A DNA stretch of 64,000 nt from Chitinophagales bacterium (GTDB lineage Bacteria; Bacteroidota; Bacteroidia; Chitinophagales; Chitinophagaceae), in the NCBI GenBank assembly GCA_013297995.1, contig JAAFJB010000006.1:3658-67657 (forward strand), in the 5' to 3' direction. The position numbers and the translations under genes were made by a program. This document shows, one piece after another, positions 42,062 to 51,526 of the stretch. The notes under the pieces were generated by a model. The model had not been told where the DNA came from. It did no database searches and worked only from the letters and a program-made list of their open reading frames with translations. The number at the start of each line of letters is the position of its first letter. The stretch's first letter is position 1.

Positions 42062-42562
42062 ATGCTAGTTAATCTTCGCTCTTTCAAACAAAAAGTTCGC
42101 CACAACCAAAAAAAAATGAACCGTTTTTTGAAGAAGATAGAAAAAAATCCTCCCAAAGGATTAGATGAACTGGCTGAAAAAATTGATGCAGAAGTTTGGA
42201 AGGAAGTGGACTGCTTAAGTTGTGCCAATTGTTGCAAGACTATGAGTCCCACTTTTACCATGAAGGACCTTAAACGAATTGCTGCTCATTTTAACGTAAG
42301 TATTAAAGAGTTCAAAGAAAAATGGTTGTATTTTGAAGAAGAAGATGGAGATTGGATGAATAAAAAACAACCCTGTCAGTTCCTCAACCTAAGCAATAAT
42401 ATGTGTAGTATTTATGAAGTTAGACCAGATGATTGTGCTGGATTTCCACATTTAAAGAAAAAAAAGATGGTGGATTATATTCATGTTCACCAGCAAAACA
42501 TCACTTATTGTCCCGCTACATACAAAATGGTGGAGAAGCTAACGGAAGCCTTAACTGCTTAG
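42062..42562 (+). CDS. YkgJ family cysteine-cluster (Zn/Fe-chelating) protein
   Basis: CLSCANCC, PCQFL, CSIYEVRP..CAGFPH; likely start ATG 42062. Confidence 0.85.
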   Translation: MLVNLRSFKQKVRHNQKKMNRFLKKIEKNPPKGLDELAEKIDAEVWKEVDCLSCANCCKTMSPTFTMKDLKRIAAHFNVSIKEFKEKWLYFEEEDGDWMNKKQPCQFLNLSNNMCSIYEVRPDDCAGFPHLKKKKMVDYIHVHQQNITYCPATYKMVEKLTEALTA

Positions 42563-43788
42563 AACATTAGTATTCCTGCAATGGTTGCAGAAAGATAGGA
42601 TGCCAGCGTGCCGCATAACAATGCCCTTAATCCCAATTTAGCCAAATCTGCGCGGCGAGTAGGAGCTAATTCCCCTATACCGCCAATCTGCATACCTACA
42701 CTGCTGAAGTTGGCAAATCCACAAATGGCAATGCTTACAATTAAAAGTCCTTTTTCTGAAACAATCGGTATTGCTTTGGTGGTAAGATTATTGAAAGCTA
42801 CAAATTCATTAATGGTTAATTTTTGACCTAATAATGAAGCCGCATTTGCAATATCTACCGATGGTACGCCCATTGCCCAAGTCATTGGATAAAATATTTT
42901 ACTGAATATTACATCAAGTGTAATACCCGTAAATGCCAATCCTATACAGTAGTTTAAAAATGCAATCAACGCTATAAAACCAATTAGCATAGCAATCACA
43001 TTTACGGCTATTTTCATTCCATCACTTGCACCATGTGAAATGGCATCAATAATATTACTGTAAGGGCTTTTTACTTCTAGTTTTACCTTTCCCATGGTTT
43101 GGGACTCTTCTGTTTCGGGAAATACAATTTTAGAAATCACCAATGCCCCCGGCGCTGCCATTAAACTAGCCGTTAACAAGTATTCTGCCTTAGCACCCAT
43201 ATTGGCATATACAATTAAAATACCACCTGCAATACAAGCGAGGCTACCACTCATACTGGCAAGCAATTCACTTTTGGTCATGGTGGTTAAATAAGGCCGA
43301 ATCATTACTTGGGCTTCAACTTGACCAACAAATGCACTCGCCACATTGCTTAATGCTTCTGCACCACTCACTTTCATAATAAAATTCATGGCTTTGGCAA
43401 TAATAGAAACAATGAACTGCATTACCCCAAAATGATATAAGATAGCCACCAATACACAAACCAATATAATGGTAGCGGTTACACTAAAAGCAAAAACAAA
43501 TCCACCCTGACCAAAATCTTTAACCCCATCTGGTGCATTCACCATTACACCTCGGTATACAAACGCTACTCCTTCACGGGCAAAACGTTCAATTTTCTCC
43601 ATGCCATGACCTAATAGCTGAAAAAAGCGGGTTACGGGAGGTACTTTCAATACCATTACTGCAATGAATATTTGTAGCAAAATACCGCTGAAGACCAATC
43701 TATAATTAATTTTTCGCTTATTATTTGAGAACAAAAAAGCGATTAGAAGTATTAAAACCACCCCAATAAGCCCTTGAAATTTTTCCAT
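42559..43788 (-). CDS. nupC: Concentrative nucleoside transporter (NupC/CNT family)
   Basis: SGAEALSNVASAFVGQVEA, QKLTINEFVAF, LCG-type ICGFANFSS; likely start MEKFQGL at 43788. Confidence 0.88.
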   Translation of the reverse strand: MEKFQGLIGVVLILLIAFLFSNNKRKINYRLVFSGILLQIFIAVMVLKVPPVTRFFQLLGHGMEKIERFAREGVAFVYRGVMVNAPDGVKDFGQGGFVFAFSVTATIILVCVLVAILYHFGVMQFIVSIIAKAMNFIMKVSGAEALSNVASAFVGQVEAQVMIRPYLTTMTKSELLASMSGSLACIAGGILIVYANMGAKAEYLLTASLMAAPGALVISKIVFPETEESQTMGKVKLEVKSPYSNIIDAISHGASDGMKIAVNVIAMLIGFIALIAFLNYCIGLAFTGITLDVIFSKIFYPMTWAMGVPSVDIANAASLLGQKLTINEFVAFNNLTTKAIPIVSEKGLLIVSIAICGFANFSSVGMQIGGIGELAPTRRADLAKLGLRALLCGTLASYLSATIAGILMF

Positions 43789-43907
43789 ACAAATACAGTT
43801 GCAATTAATTAGGAGTGGAAGATACGGAAAATAAAAACCGTGTATCGGTTTATTCACCAATACACGGCATGAAACCCAATTTTAGGGTTCTTCAGCAATA
43901 CTCAACA

Positions 43908-44225
43908 TTACATATGCGACTGTATCTTCTTATCTAAAACAGATTTTGGTACAGCACCAATTTGCTTATCTACTATTTGTCCACCTTTAATGAAAAGTAT
44001 GGCAGGAATTGAAGTGATACCATAGTTTACACTTAAGTTTGGATTGTGATCTACATTCACTTTGCCTACATTTATTTTACCATCGTATTCTTTGGATAAT
44101 TCTTCAATCACGGGTCCGATAGCGCGGCAAGGACCACACCATTCTGCCCAGAAATCTACTACTGTTAGTTTATCACTGTCCAGCACCGTAGCCTGGAAAT
44201 TTGCGTCTGTTAGTTCTAAAGCCAT
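43908..44225 (-). CDS. trxA: Thioredoxin
   Basis: DFWAEWCGPC. Confidence 0.97.
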   Translation of the reverse strand: MALELTDANFQATVLDSDKLTVVDFWAEWCGPCRAIGPVIEELSKEYDGKINVGKVNVDHNPNLSVNYGITSIPAILFIKGGQIVDKQIGAVPKSVLDKKIQSHM

Positions 44226-44378
44226 TGTTTATTATTTAGTTGTTTAATATTTTTTAATCCATTTAAACCACGGTCTACTGTACACCGTTTGCTGCTCAAC
44301 TACTCAAATTTACATCCAATCCCTACATTCTGCATAATTGACTTTTCCACCATTGTGATTAGTGACAAGCAGTCAGCA

Positions 44379-47300
44379 TTACCCAACCAAGCCAACTTTA
44401 ACGTCAATATCAATATTATTCAACAGAAATGCTGCCATTTCTTCATTCATCTGAAACCCTTTTTCTATCGTATACATGCTTATTTTCAAATTCTCCTTGG
44501 GTTCTACCACATTGAACCGCAGGGTTGATTTACCCGGAAAAGCGTGCAGATTATTTTCTACAAAATCAACCATTTCTGGTGTTAGTGCTGCTGGGTGCAT
44601 ATTTATTTCTACACTTCTGGTAAGCATTTGCTTTGCTGTTTCCAGCAGAGACATGGTATTGATTTTGAATTCAAATGCATTGGGCTGGTTGTAACGGTTG
44701 CGGAAGAAACCATTGAACAATATATTCTGTCCCTTTTCTAAATATTTCTGAAATTTTACATAATCCTCACTCCATAAAGTATATTCTGTTTTACCGCTGA
44801 AATCTTCTATGGTAAATGAGCCAAAATTCTTGCCTGTTTTCGTAACACGGTGTTGCACATCGGTAACCAACCCAGCTACCCGCATCATTTTTCCCACCGA
44901 TGAGCCTTCGGAAAGACTGTCTCTGATTTCATTAAAGTCGGCTATATTGGTAATTTCATAATGTTTTAATTCAAACTTAAAATGATCTAAAGGGTGGCCA
45001 CTCATAAACATGCCCGTTACTTCTTTCTCATAATTCAATAATTCAGTCAAGGTCCATGGTTCACAATTGGCAATTTTGGGTTGAGGTACGTTCATAGCAC
45101 TGGGCAAATCGCCAAAAAGGGTATTGGTAGTACCGGTAGATAGGCTTTGCTGCACTTGCCCATATCCAATAATTTTCTCTAGTCCATTTACCCGTTCCCC
45201 ATCTATTGCCTTAAAATACTGCGCACGGTGAAACTGGGGAAAGCAATCGAATGCACCCGAATAAGCGAGGCTTTCGAGCGACTTTTTATTTACACTCTTT
45301 TGCAGTACCCGTTTTACAAAGTCAAAAATATCGGTATAAGCACCCGCTTTCTGTCGCTCATTAATAATGGTTTCAATAGCCATTTCACCCACACCTTTCA
45401 AGCCGCCCAATCCAAATCTAATCTCCCCCTTGGTATTTACAGCAAACCCTTTTAGTGATTCATTAATATCGGGTCCCAATACTTTTATACCCATACGCTT
45501 GCACTCTTCCATAAAGAAAGTAATCTTTTCAATATTGCCTTGGTGATTCAGAACGGCAGACATATATTCTCCCGGATAATGCGCTTTAAGATAGGCCGTT
45601 TGATAAGCCACAAAAGCATAACAAGTAGAGTGTGATTTATTGAATGCGTATTGTGCAAAAGATTCCCAGTCGCCCCATATTTTCTCCAATTTATCGGCAG
45701 GATACCCCTTTGTGGTAGCACCAGCAATGAACTGCGATTTCATTTTATCTAGTACCGATTTTTGCTTTTTACCCATGGCCTTTCGCAGTACATCCGCATC
45801 GCCTTTGGTAAAGCCAGCAATACTTTGACTGAGTAGCATCACCTGTTCTTGATAAACCGTAATACCATAGGTTTCAGAGAGGTATTCTTGCATATCATCA
45901 ATATCATAACTGATGGGTTCGCGGCCATGTTTGCGGTCAATGAAATTGGGGATATAAGCAATGGGGCCGGGACGATAGAGTGCATTCATTGCAATGAGAT
46001 CGTCGAATTTATCGGGCTTTAATTCACGCAAATATTTCTGCATACCCACACTCTCAAACTGGAAAGTGCCATTGGTTTCACCGCGCTGGTAGAGTAAAAA
46101 AGTTTTTTCATCATCTAATGGAATAGTGTCGAGGTCAATGCTAATATTATGATTGAGTTTAATCAACTCCAAAGCCGTCTTTAAAATGGAAAGGGTTTTT
46201 AGCCCCAAAAAGTCCATCTTAATAACCCCAGCATCTTCAATAATACTGCCCTCAATTTGAGTAACCCACAAATCGGAATCTTTGGCAGTAGCAACAGGTA
46301 ATAAATCAGTAAGATCACAAGGTGCAATAATAATTCCTGCTGCGTGAATGCCCGTATTTCGCACAGATCCTTCCAAGCGTTCGGCTTCTTTTAATACCTG
46401 CGACCGAATATCGGTGCCTTGATAAATGGCTCTCAGCTTTTTAACATTCTCAATATCTTCTTGCTGATACCCTTCTTTTTCTTCCAGTGATTTAGGCCCT
46501 TCTTTAATGGTAAGTGGCGCTTTAAGTACACGACCCAATTCGGTACCTGGTTTGTCGGGAACCAATTTGGCCAGCATATTGCTTTCGGAGAGGGGAAGAT
46601 CAAGCACACGAGCCACATCTTTAATACTCATTTTGGCAGCCATAGTACCGTAAGTAACAATTTGGGCTACCTGGCTCTTTCCATATTTATCAACTACATA
46701 ATCAATCACTTTTTGTCGCCCCTCATCGTCAAAATCCGTATCTATATCGGGCATGCTCTTACGATCTGGGTTCAGAAAACGTTCGAACAGTAGTTTGTAT
46801 TTGATGGGATCTATATTGGTGATGCCAATACAATAGGCCACTACGCTACCCGCAGCAGAGCCACGACCAGGACCAACAAATACGCCCATTTGCCTACCCG
46901 CTTTAATAAAGTCGCTCACAATTAAAAAGTAGCCAGCAAAACCCATGGTTTTGATGGTGAACAATTCAAAATCAATTCTTTCTTGGATCTCAGCGTTCAG
47001 ATCATTGTAGCGCATTTTGGCGCCTTCATAAGTCAAGTGTTTCAGCAATTCCCACTGGTTGAGGTTGGCATCAGCATGAATCTGAAATGCTTTGGGAATA
47101 GGAAAAGCTGGCAACAGAATATCTTTCTTCAGGTTCAGCACTTCTACTTTATCAACAATACGGTTGGTATTATCGAGCGATTCGGGTATATCATGGAAGA
47201 GCTTTTGCATTTCTTCCTTGGTCTTAAAATAAAACTGGTTATTGGGGAATTTAAATCGCCTGTTTTTAACCTGAACCTCATCATTTACAAAGTCGTCAAA

Positions 47301-48053
47301 CCCGGGTGTGCTTTGCTTTTCGCCTGTATTAATGCAGAGCAGAATATCGTGAGCATTGGCATCATCTTCATTAATATAGTGACTATCATTGGTAGCAATT
47401 ACCGGTACATTGTACTTTTTAGAAAATTTAAGTAGGGTATTGTTAATAAGTTCCTGCTCTTGAATTTGGTGGCGTTGAATTTCAATATAAAAATCATCCC
47501 CGAACAAATCGAGCCACCATTTAAACTCAATCTCTGCTTTTTCTTCGCTCTGTTTTAAAATAGTTTGTGGCACATAAGCACCAATACAACAAGTGGTGGC
47601 AATAAGCCCCTCATGGTATTTTTCAATTAATTCTTTGTCAATTCGCGGGTACTTGCTGTACATCCCTTCAATATATCCTAGGGAGGTAAGTTTTACCAGA
47701 TTCTGGTATCCAATTTTATTTTTAGCCAGTAAAACTTGGTGGAATCTTTCATCTTTAACTTCTTTGGTAAAGGATTTCGCGTGGCGATTTTTTACCACAT
47801 AAAACTCACAACCAACAATGGGCTTTACAATGGGTTCTAGTATATCTTTCCCCGATTCATCTTTGCCCACTATTTTGGTATGTTTCCAGGCTTGACTCAC
47901 AAAGTCAAAAGCACCAAACATATTACCATGATCGGTAATAGCAAGGGCGGGCATTTGATTGGCCACTGCTTTTTTGTAAAGCCCATCAATGGAGGCAGCA
48001 CCATCAAGCAGGGAATATTGAGTATGAACGTGTAAATGAGAGAATTGGCACAT
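44379..48053 (-). CDS. dnaE: DNA polymerase III alpha subunit
   Basis: HLHVHTQYSLLDG PHP domain, GRGSAAGS, MPDIDTDF, YAFNKSH, C-terminal OB fold. Confidence 0.98.
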   Translation of the reverse strand: MCQFSHLHVHTQYSLLDGAASIDGLYKKAVANQMPALAITDHGNMFGAFDFVSQAWKHTKIVGKDESGKDILEPIVKPIVGCEFYVVKNRHAKSFTKEVKDERFHQVLLAKNKIGYQNLVKLTSLGYIEGMYSKYPRIDKELIEKYHEGLIATTCCIGAYVPQTILKQSEEKAEIEFKWWLDLFGDDFYIEIQRHQIQEQELINNTLLKFSKKYNVPVIATNDSHYINEDDANAHDILLCINTGEKQSTPGFDDFVNDEVQVKNRRFKFPNNQFYFKTKEEMQKLFHDIPESLDNTNRIVDKVEVLNLKKDILLPAFPIPKAFQIHADANLNQWELLKHLTYEGAKMRYNDLNAEIQERIDFELFTIKTMGFAGYFLIVSDFIKAGRQMGVFVGPGRGSAAGSVVAYCIGITNIDPIKYKLLFERFLNPDRKSMPDIDTDFDDEGRQKVIDYVVDKYGKSQVAQIVTYGTMAAKMSIKDVARVLDLPLSESNMLAKLVPDKPGTELGRVLKAPLTIKEGPKSLEEKEGYQQEDIENVKKLRAIYQGTDIRSQVLKEAERLEGSVRNTGIHAAGIIIAPCDLTDLLPVATAKDSDLWVTQIEGSIIEDAGVIKMDFLGLKTLSILKTALELIKLNHNISIDLDTIPLDDEKTFLLYQRGETNGTFQFESVGMQKYLRELKPDKFDDLIAMNALYRPGPIAYIPNFIDRKHGREPISYDIDDMQEYLSETYGITVYQEQVMLLSQSIAGFTKGDADVLRKAMGKKQKSVLDKMKSQFIAGATTKGYPADKLEKIWGDWESFAQYAFNKSHSTCYAFVAYQTAYLKAHYPGEYMSAVLNHQGNIEKITFFMEECKRMGIKVLGPDINESLKGFAVNTKGEIRFGLGGLKGVGEMAIETIINERQKAGAYTDIFDFVKRVLQKSVNKKSLESLAYSGAFDCFPQFHRAQYFKAIDGERVNGLEKIIGYGQVQQSLSTGTTNTLFGDLPSAMNVPQPKIANCEPWTLTELLNYEKEVTGMFMSGHPLDHFKFELKHYEITNIADFNEIRDSLSEGSSVGKMMRVAGLVTDVQHRVTKTGKNFGSFTIEDFSGKTEYTLWSEDYVKFQKYLEKGQNILFNGFFRNRYNQPNAFEFKINTMSLLETAKQMLTRSVEINMHPAALTPEMVDFVENNLHAFPGKSTLRFNVVEPKENLKISMYTIEKGFQMNEEMAAFLLNNIDIDVKVGLVG

Positions 48054-48227
48054 AGCTGGTGCAAAGTTCGTTCATTGTAAGAGCCCATCAAAGAGGCAAT
48101 TTTCCACATTAGCCCAAAGTGCTTAAATTGCAGCCCATGTGAAATGAGCCATAACAAGAATTTGTTACCAACCGAACTGTTCATTTGCCAATTCCATGAG
48201 GCAGCTGAAATCAATAAAAATTATCTC

Positions 48228-48920
48228 ATGAAAATGAACTCATATATATCATTGTTGTTAATTATTGCTGCAATGGCCAGCTGTAAGTCAATCCGTAAAG
48301 TTGCCAGCACTGATAACAGCGGTTCTGTGGCCGCAACCCCAAAAAAGAGGGGAAATAAAAGAGAATTTATTAATGGAATTGAAGTAACGCTGGGAACAGT
48401 CACTACTACAAAGCAAAAAACTACTACCGTTGGAACTAGTGGAACAAAAAAAACAGCTAAGCCCGTAACAGCATCCAATAAAGACGTGGAAAAATCAAAT
48501 TGGTTACAAACAAAATACGCAGCTCCTTTAAATGTACCAGCAGAAAACTTAACTAATATTCCACTCTTAGAGTTAATTGACCAATGGTGGGGAACCCGAT
48601 ATTGTATTGGAGGAAGCAGTACCAATTGTATTGATTGTTCAGGATTTACACAAGTAGTTATGAGGGATGTTTTTGAGTTAACGCTGCCACGTACTGCACA
48701 GGAGCAGTACAACCTGATGCAACGCATAGAGATGGAAGATTTAAGGGAAGGTGATTTAGTATTTTTTAATACCAGTGGAAGGGGTATTTCCCATGTAGGC
48801 GTTTATTTGCAAAACAATAAGTTTGTACATGCATCTACCTCACAAGGCGTAACCATTACCGATTTAGGTGGTAGGTATTGGAGCCCCAAATTTAGAGGTG
48901 GAGGTAGAAAGCGGAATTGA
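48228..48920 (+). CDS. NlpC/P60 (C40) peptidase lipoprotein
   Basis: Lipobox MASC, IDCSGF, GDLVFF, SHVGVY, FVHAS. Confidence 0.92.
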   Translation: MKMNSYISLLLIIAAMASCKSIRKVASTDNSGSVAATPKKRGNKREFINGIEVTLGTVTTTKQKTTTVGTSGTKKTAKPVTASNKDVEKSNWLQTKYAAPLNVPAENLTNIPLLELIDQWWGTRYCIGGSSTNCIDCSGFTQVVMRDVFELTLPRTAQEQYNLMQRIEMEDLREGDLVFFNTSGRGISHVGVYLQNNKFVHASTSQGVTITDLGGRYWSPKFRGGGRKRN

Positions 48921-48947
48921 AAGTAGGGGTGGGGCTATAAATTGTAT

Positions 48948-49433
48948 TTATGGCTGTTTGTTAAGATCTAGTTCAAAAAATTTTGCTTCTTCGTATGGAT
49001 TGTCGCGATAAGCCGGAATTTCAATAAACCCATGGTTGGCATACAATTTTATAGCAGATTTCATAAATGCAGCCGTATCTAATTTAATTTTACTATAGTT
49101 TAATTTTTTTGCTGACTCAATACAATTGCTGAGTAAAATTTCACCAATACCCAAACCCCTACTACTGGGTTGCACAAACATTCTTTTCACTTCACATTCA
49201 TGGCTGCTGAATCTTTTTATACCAGCAACCCCAACAGGGTTATTGTTGTAGAAAACAATAAAAAGTGCGCCATTGGGATCGCCAAAAGTGGTGGGCATAG
49301 TTGCTATTTCAGCATCAAAATTTTGAAAGGACAAATCAATACCCAGCCAAGCAGTATATTCTAATATTAGTATTTTGGCAGTTGAAAAATCTTCGGGATT
49401 TTGAGCCTGTTTTACTTCAATATTATTATTCAT
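48948..49433 (-). CDS. GNAT family N-acetyltransferase
   Basis: CEVKRMFVQPSSRGLGIG, LDT...M.SAIKLY..HGF. Confidence 0.9.
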   Translation of the reverse strand: MNNNIEVKQAQNPEDFSTAKILILEYTAWLGIDLSFQNFDAEIATMPTTFGDPNGALFIVFYNNNPVGVAGIKRFSSHECEVKRMFVQPSSRGLGIGEILLSNCIESAKKLNYSKIKLDTAAFMKSAIKLYANHGFIEIPAYRDNPYEEAKFFELDLNKQP

Positions 49434-50735
49434 TTATTCGGCAGTTTTAATATCAATTAAATAAGGTTTCAAGGGTAGTCCATCTGCATCTCTAAACCTA
49501 TCTGAAACAAGCGATTGATAGCGTTTTTTAGATTCTAATTGTACTTCAAAACTAAACGATTTTTTGTCTTCGCTAAACCCCAATACTTTTTTTACCATCA
49601 GTGCATTATTTTCCCCCAACGGTCCAAGTTCAAACCCACGGGTATTTATATTCATTGGCTGAGAAAAATTAAGTGTGATGGTATTGGTTGAAGGATCTAC
49701 AATTTGACTGCCATTGTTAAATTGTGTAATACCAAGAACTTTGGGACGTGAGTTTTCAAATTGGTGCTTATAAACCAGCAGAGGACTTTCAAAAAAACCA
49801 GATTTTTCTACAAAAGCTATTAACGCAGTTTCCTTGTTATAGTCCAGTTCAATCATTTCTTGAATGGCCAACTTTTTATTGCTCGATTCAGCATAGTATT
49901 TTTCGCAAATAGCATATCCAATATAATAAGCCAGATCCCTCATTTTAAATGGGTTATTGGCATTGTTCCAGATCCAGTTGTACAAATACGGTGAAAACAT
50001 TTCTTTTTCAAAAGCTTTTTTAAGTTGATAGTTGTTGCTTTTTCCAAACTGAATTTGCGGATTTGGGGAGCTTTTTTTTAAAGCTATTTCTGCAATAAAT
50101 TCAGCAGCACCCTCTAATACTGTTTGAGCCAGTAAGCTATTCCCTTCAGTTGTTTTCTGTTGGGTATGAATATATTCGTGGGTATTTAAAAAGGTTAAAT
50201 TATCAATGGGATTGGTATTGAAATAAACGGGCAAATGAGGAAAATCTTTTTCAAACTCATTTGTAGTTGCGTTTTTATCAGCCATGGCTAATTCACTACC
50301 AATCAATACTTTATTCCCTAAGGTTGTGCCATTGCTCCATAATGCCCCGATGGTAAAATATATTTTAGCAGGCTTTAGAGAGGGATATATTCTTTTAAGC
50401 TGTTTAATTCCTTTTTCTATTTCGTTGGCATAACCATTCACTTTAAGCGTATTGTTTCGAATAGAATTCCAAAAGTCTGGGTACTGGTTAATGGCATTTA
50501 TATAAGAAGTTGGGGTATATTCTTTCACTTCCATCATGGCTGATAGCCCAAGAGTACCTTTGTTGATAAAAAGGGTTTTAATGAGTTCAATTTGTTGGAG
50601 GCTGTCTTTGGTTTGCTTTATTTGGTCATAAGCATTCCAGAAATTGGGAATATCATCTGTAATAACTATTTTCTGTTTCTGAGCGAAACCATGTGTTGCC
50701 ATAAAAGCAAAGAGTAACAAAAATAACTTGTACAT
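49434..50735 (-). CDS. Exported Zn-dependent protease-like protein (DUF2268-like) with C-terminal Ig-like domain
   Basis: Signal peptide, HEYIHTQQ (HExxH) plus EGAAEF, DLAYYIGYAIC, Ig-like tail. Confidence 0.65.
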   Translation of the reverse strand: MYKLFLLLFAFMATHGFAQKQKIVITDDIPNFWNAYDQIKQTKDSLQQIELIKTLFINKGTLGLSAMMEVKEYTPTSYINAINQYPDFWNSIRNNTLKVNGYANEIEKGIKQLKRIYPSLKPAKIYFTIGALWSNGTTLGNKVLIGSELAMADKNATTNEFEKDFPHLPVYFNTNPIDNLTFLNTHEYIHTQQKTTEGNSLLAQTVLEGAAEFIAEIALKKSSPNPQIQFGKSNNYQLKKAFEKEMFSPYLYNWIWNNANNPFKMRDLAYYIGYAICEKYYAESSNKKLAIQEMIELDYNKETALIAFVEKSGFFESPLLVYKHQFENSRPKVLGITQFNNGSQIVDPSTNTITLNFSQPMNINTRGFELGPLGENNALMVKKVLGFSEDKKSFSFEVQLESKKRYQSLVSDRFRDADGLPLKPYLIDIKTAE

Positions 50736-50769
50736 ATATGAAGTTTATTGGAATGCAATAATGAGTAAT

Positions 50770-51336
50770 TTAAGTTAATAGTTTATTGTTTTTTAATTCG
50801 TTTATTTTCATTTTTATTAACTCAATTCTTTGATCAGTTGTAAAATCTCCGATAATCTCTAAAATAGGACAATTCATAGTTGCCAACCATTTTTTATGTG
50901 CGTATATATTTCTATTGGCAATACCAGAAACATGGTCATAATCTTGAGCCCAAATAACAAAATCATCAAATTGCTTTTTCCGCTCTGGATCTTTATAAAT
51001 GATATTACCATATCTATTAAACTCCCTAAGCTTTATTCTGTCAACTCTAATTTGAGGTGGTATCCACAAGAAAATAATTAAATCGAATTCAGGAAATACA
51101 GCCTCACCCCACTGAAAAATCGACCCACCTAAAACCCAACTTTTTAATACTGATAATTCTAACTTAATTTTTTGGTTTCGCAATTCTTTATTCTCCCTAA
51201 CACTAAATGGCATACTGGGGGTTAACTTCCAAAAATAGTCGTCGCTATCAAAATAGGGTATATTTAATTGCACAGCCAATGCATTTCCTGTTGTGGTAAC
51301 ACCGCTACCAGAAGCCCCTAAAATATTAATTTTCAT
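50770..51336 (-). CDS. P-loop nucleotide kinase-like protein (adenylate kinase / AAA_17-like)
   Basis: INILGASGSGVTT Walker A, DSDDYFW. Confidence 0.8.
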   Translation of the reverse strand: MKINILGASGSGVTTTGNALAVQLNIPYFDSDDYFWKLTPSMPFSVRENKELRNQKIKLELSVLKSWVLGGSIFQWGEAVFPEFDLIIFLWIPPQIRVDRIKLREFNRYGNIIYKDPERKKQFDDFVIWAQDYDHVSGIANRNIYAHKKWLATMNCPILEIIGDFTTDQRIELIKMKINELKNNKLLT

Positions 51337-51391
51337 TAGTAATCCTTTACAATATTGCTAAAGAAAGATTATTAAACATCCCGCTTACATT

Positions 51392-51418
51392 TCAAATATA
51401 CTCTGAGAGTATATTTGA
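51392..51418. promoter_or_regulatory. Perfect 12-bp inverted repeat, candidate operator
   Basis: TCAAATATACTC-TGA-GAGTATATTTGA between the divergent kinase and methyltransferase genes. Confidence 0.5.
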
Positions 51419-51464
51419 GTGTAAAAATATTCAATAAAATATATTTATATTATTTATCGCCCAA

Positions 51465-51495
51465 TTTGGAACTTAGCCATTAATTCATAAATTTG
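51465..51495 (+). promoter_or_regulatory. Bacteroidota -33/-7 promoter of the methyltransferase
   Basis: TTTG (51465-51468), 19-nt spacer, TAAATTTG (51488-51495); matches TTTG-N19-21-TAnnTTTG. Confidence 0.7.
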
Positions 51496-51526
51496 TAACC
51501 ATTGTATAAGGTTAAACTACTTGGTT

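Noticed and set aside
44379-48053. Intein in DnaE
   Set aside because: Length of 1224 aa is normal, and no intein splice or LAGLIDADG motifs are visible.
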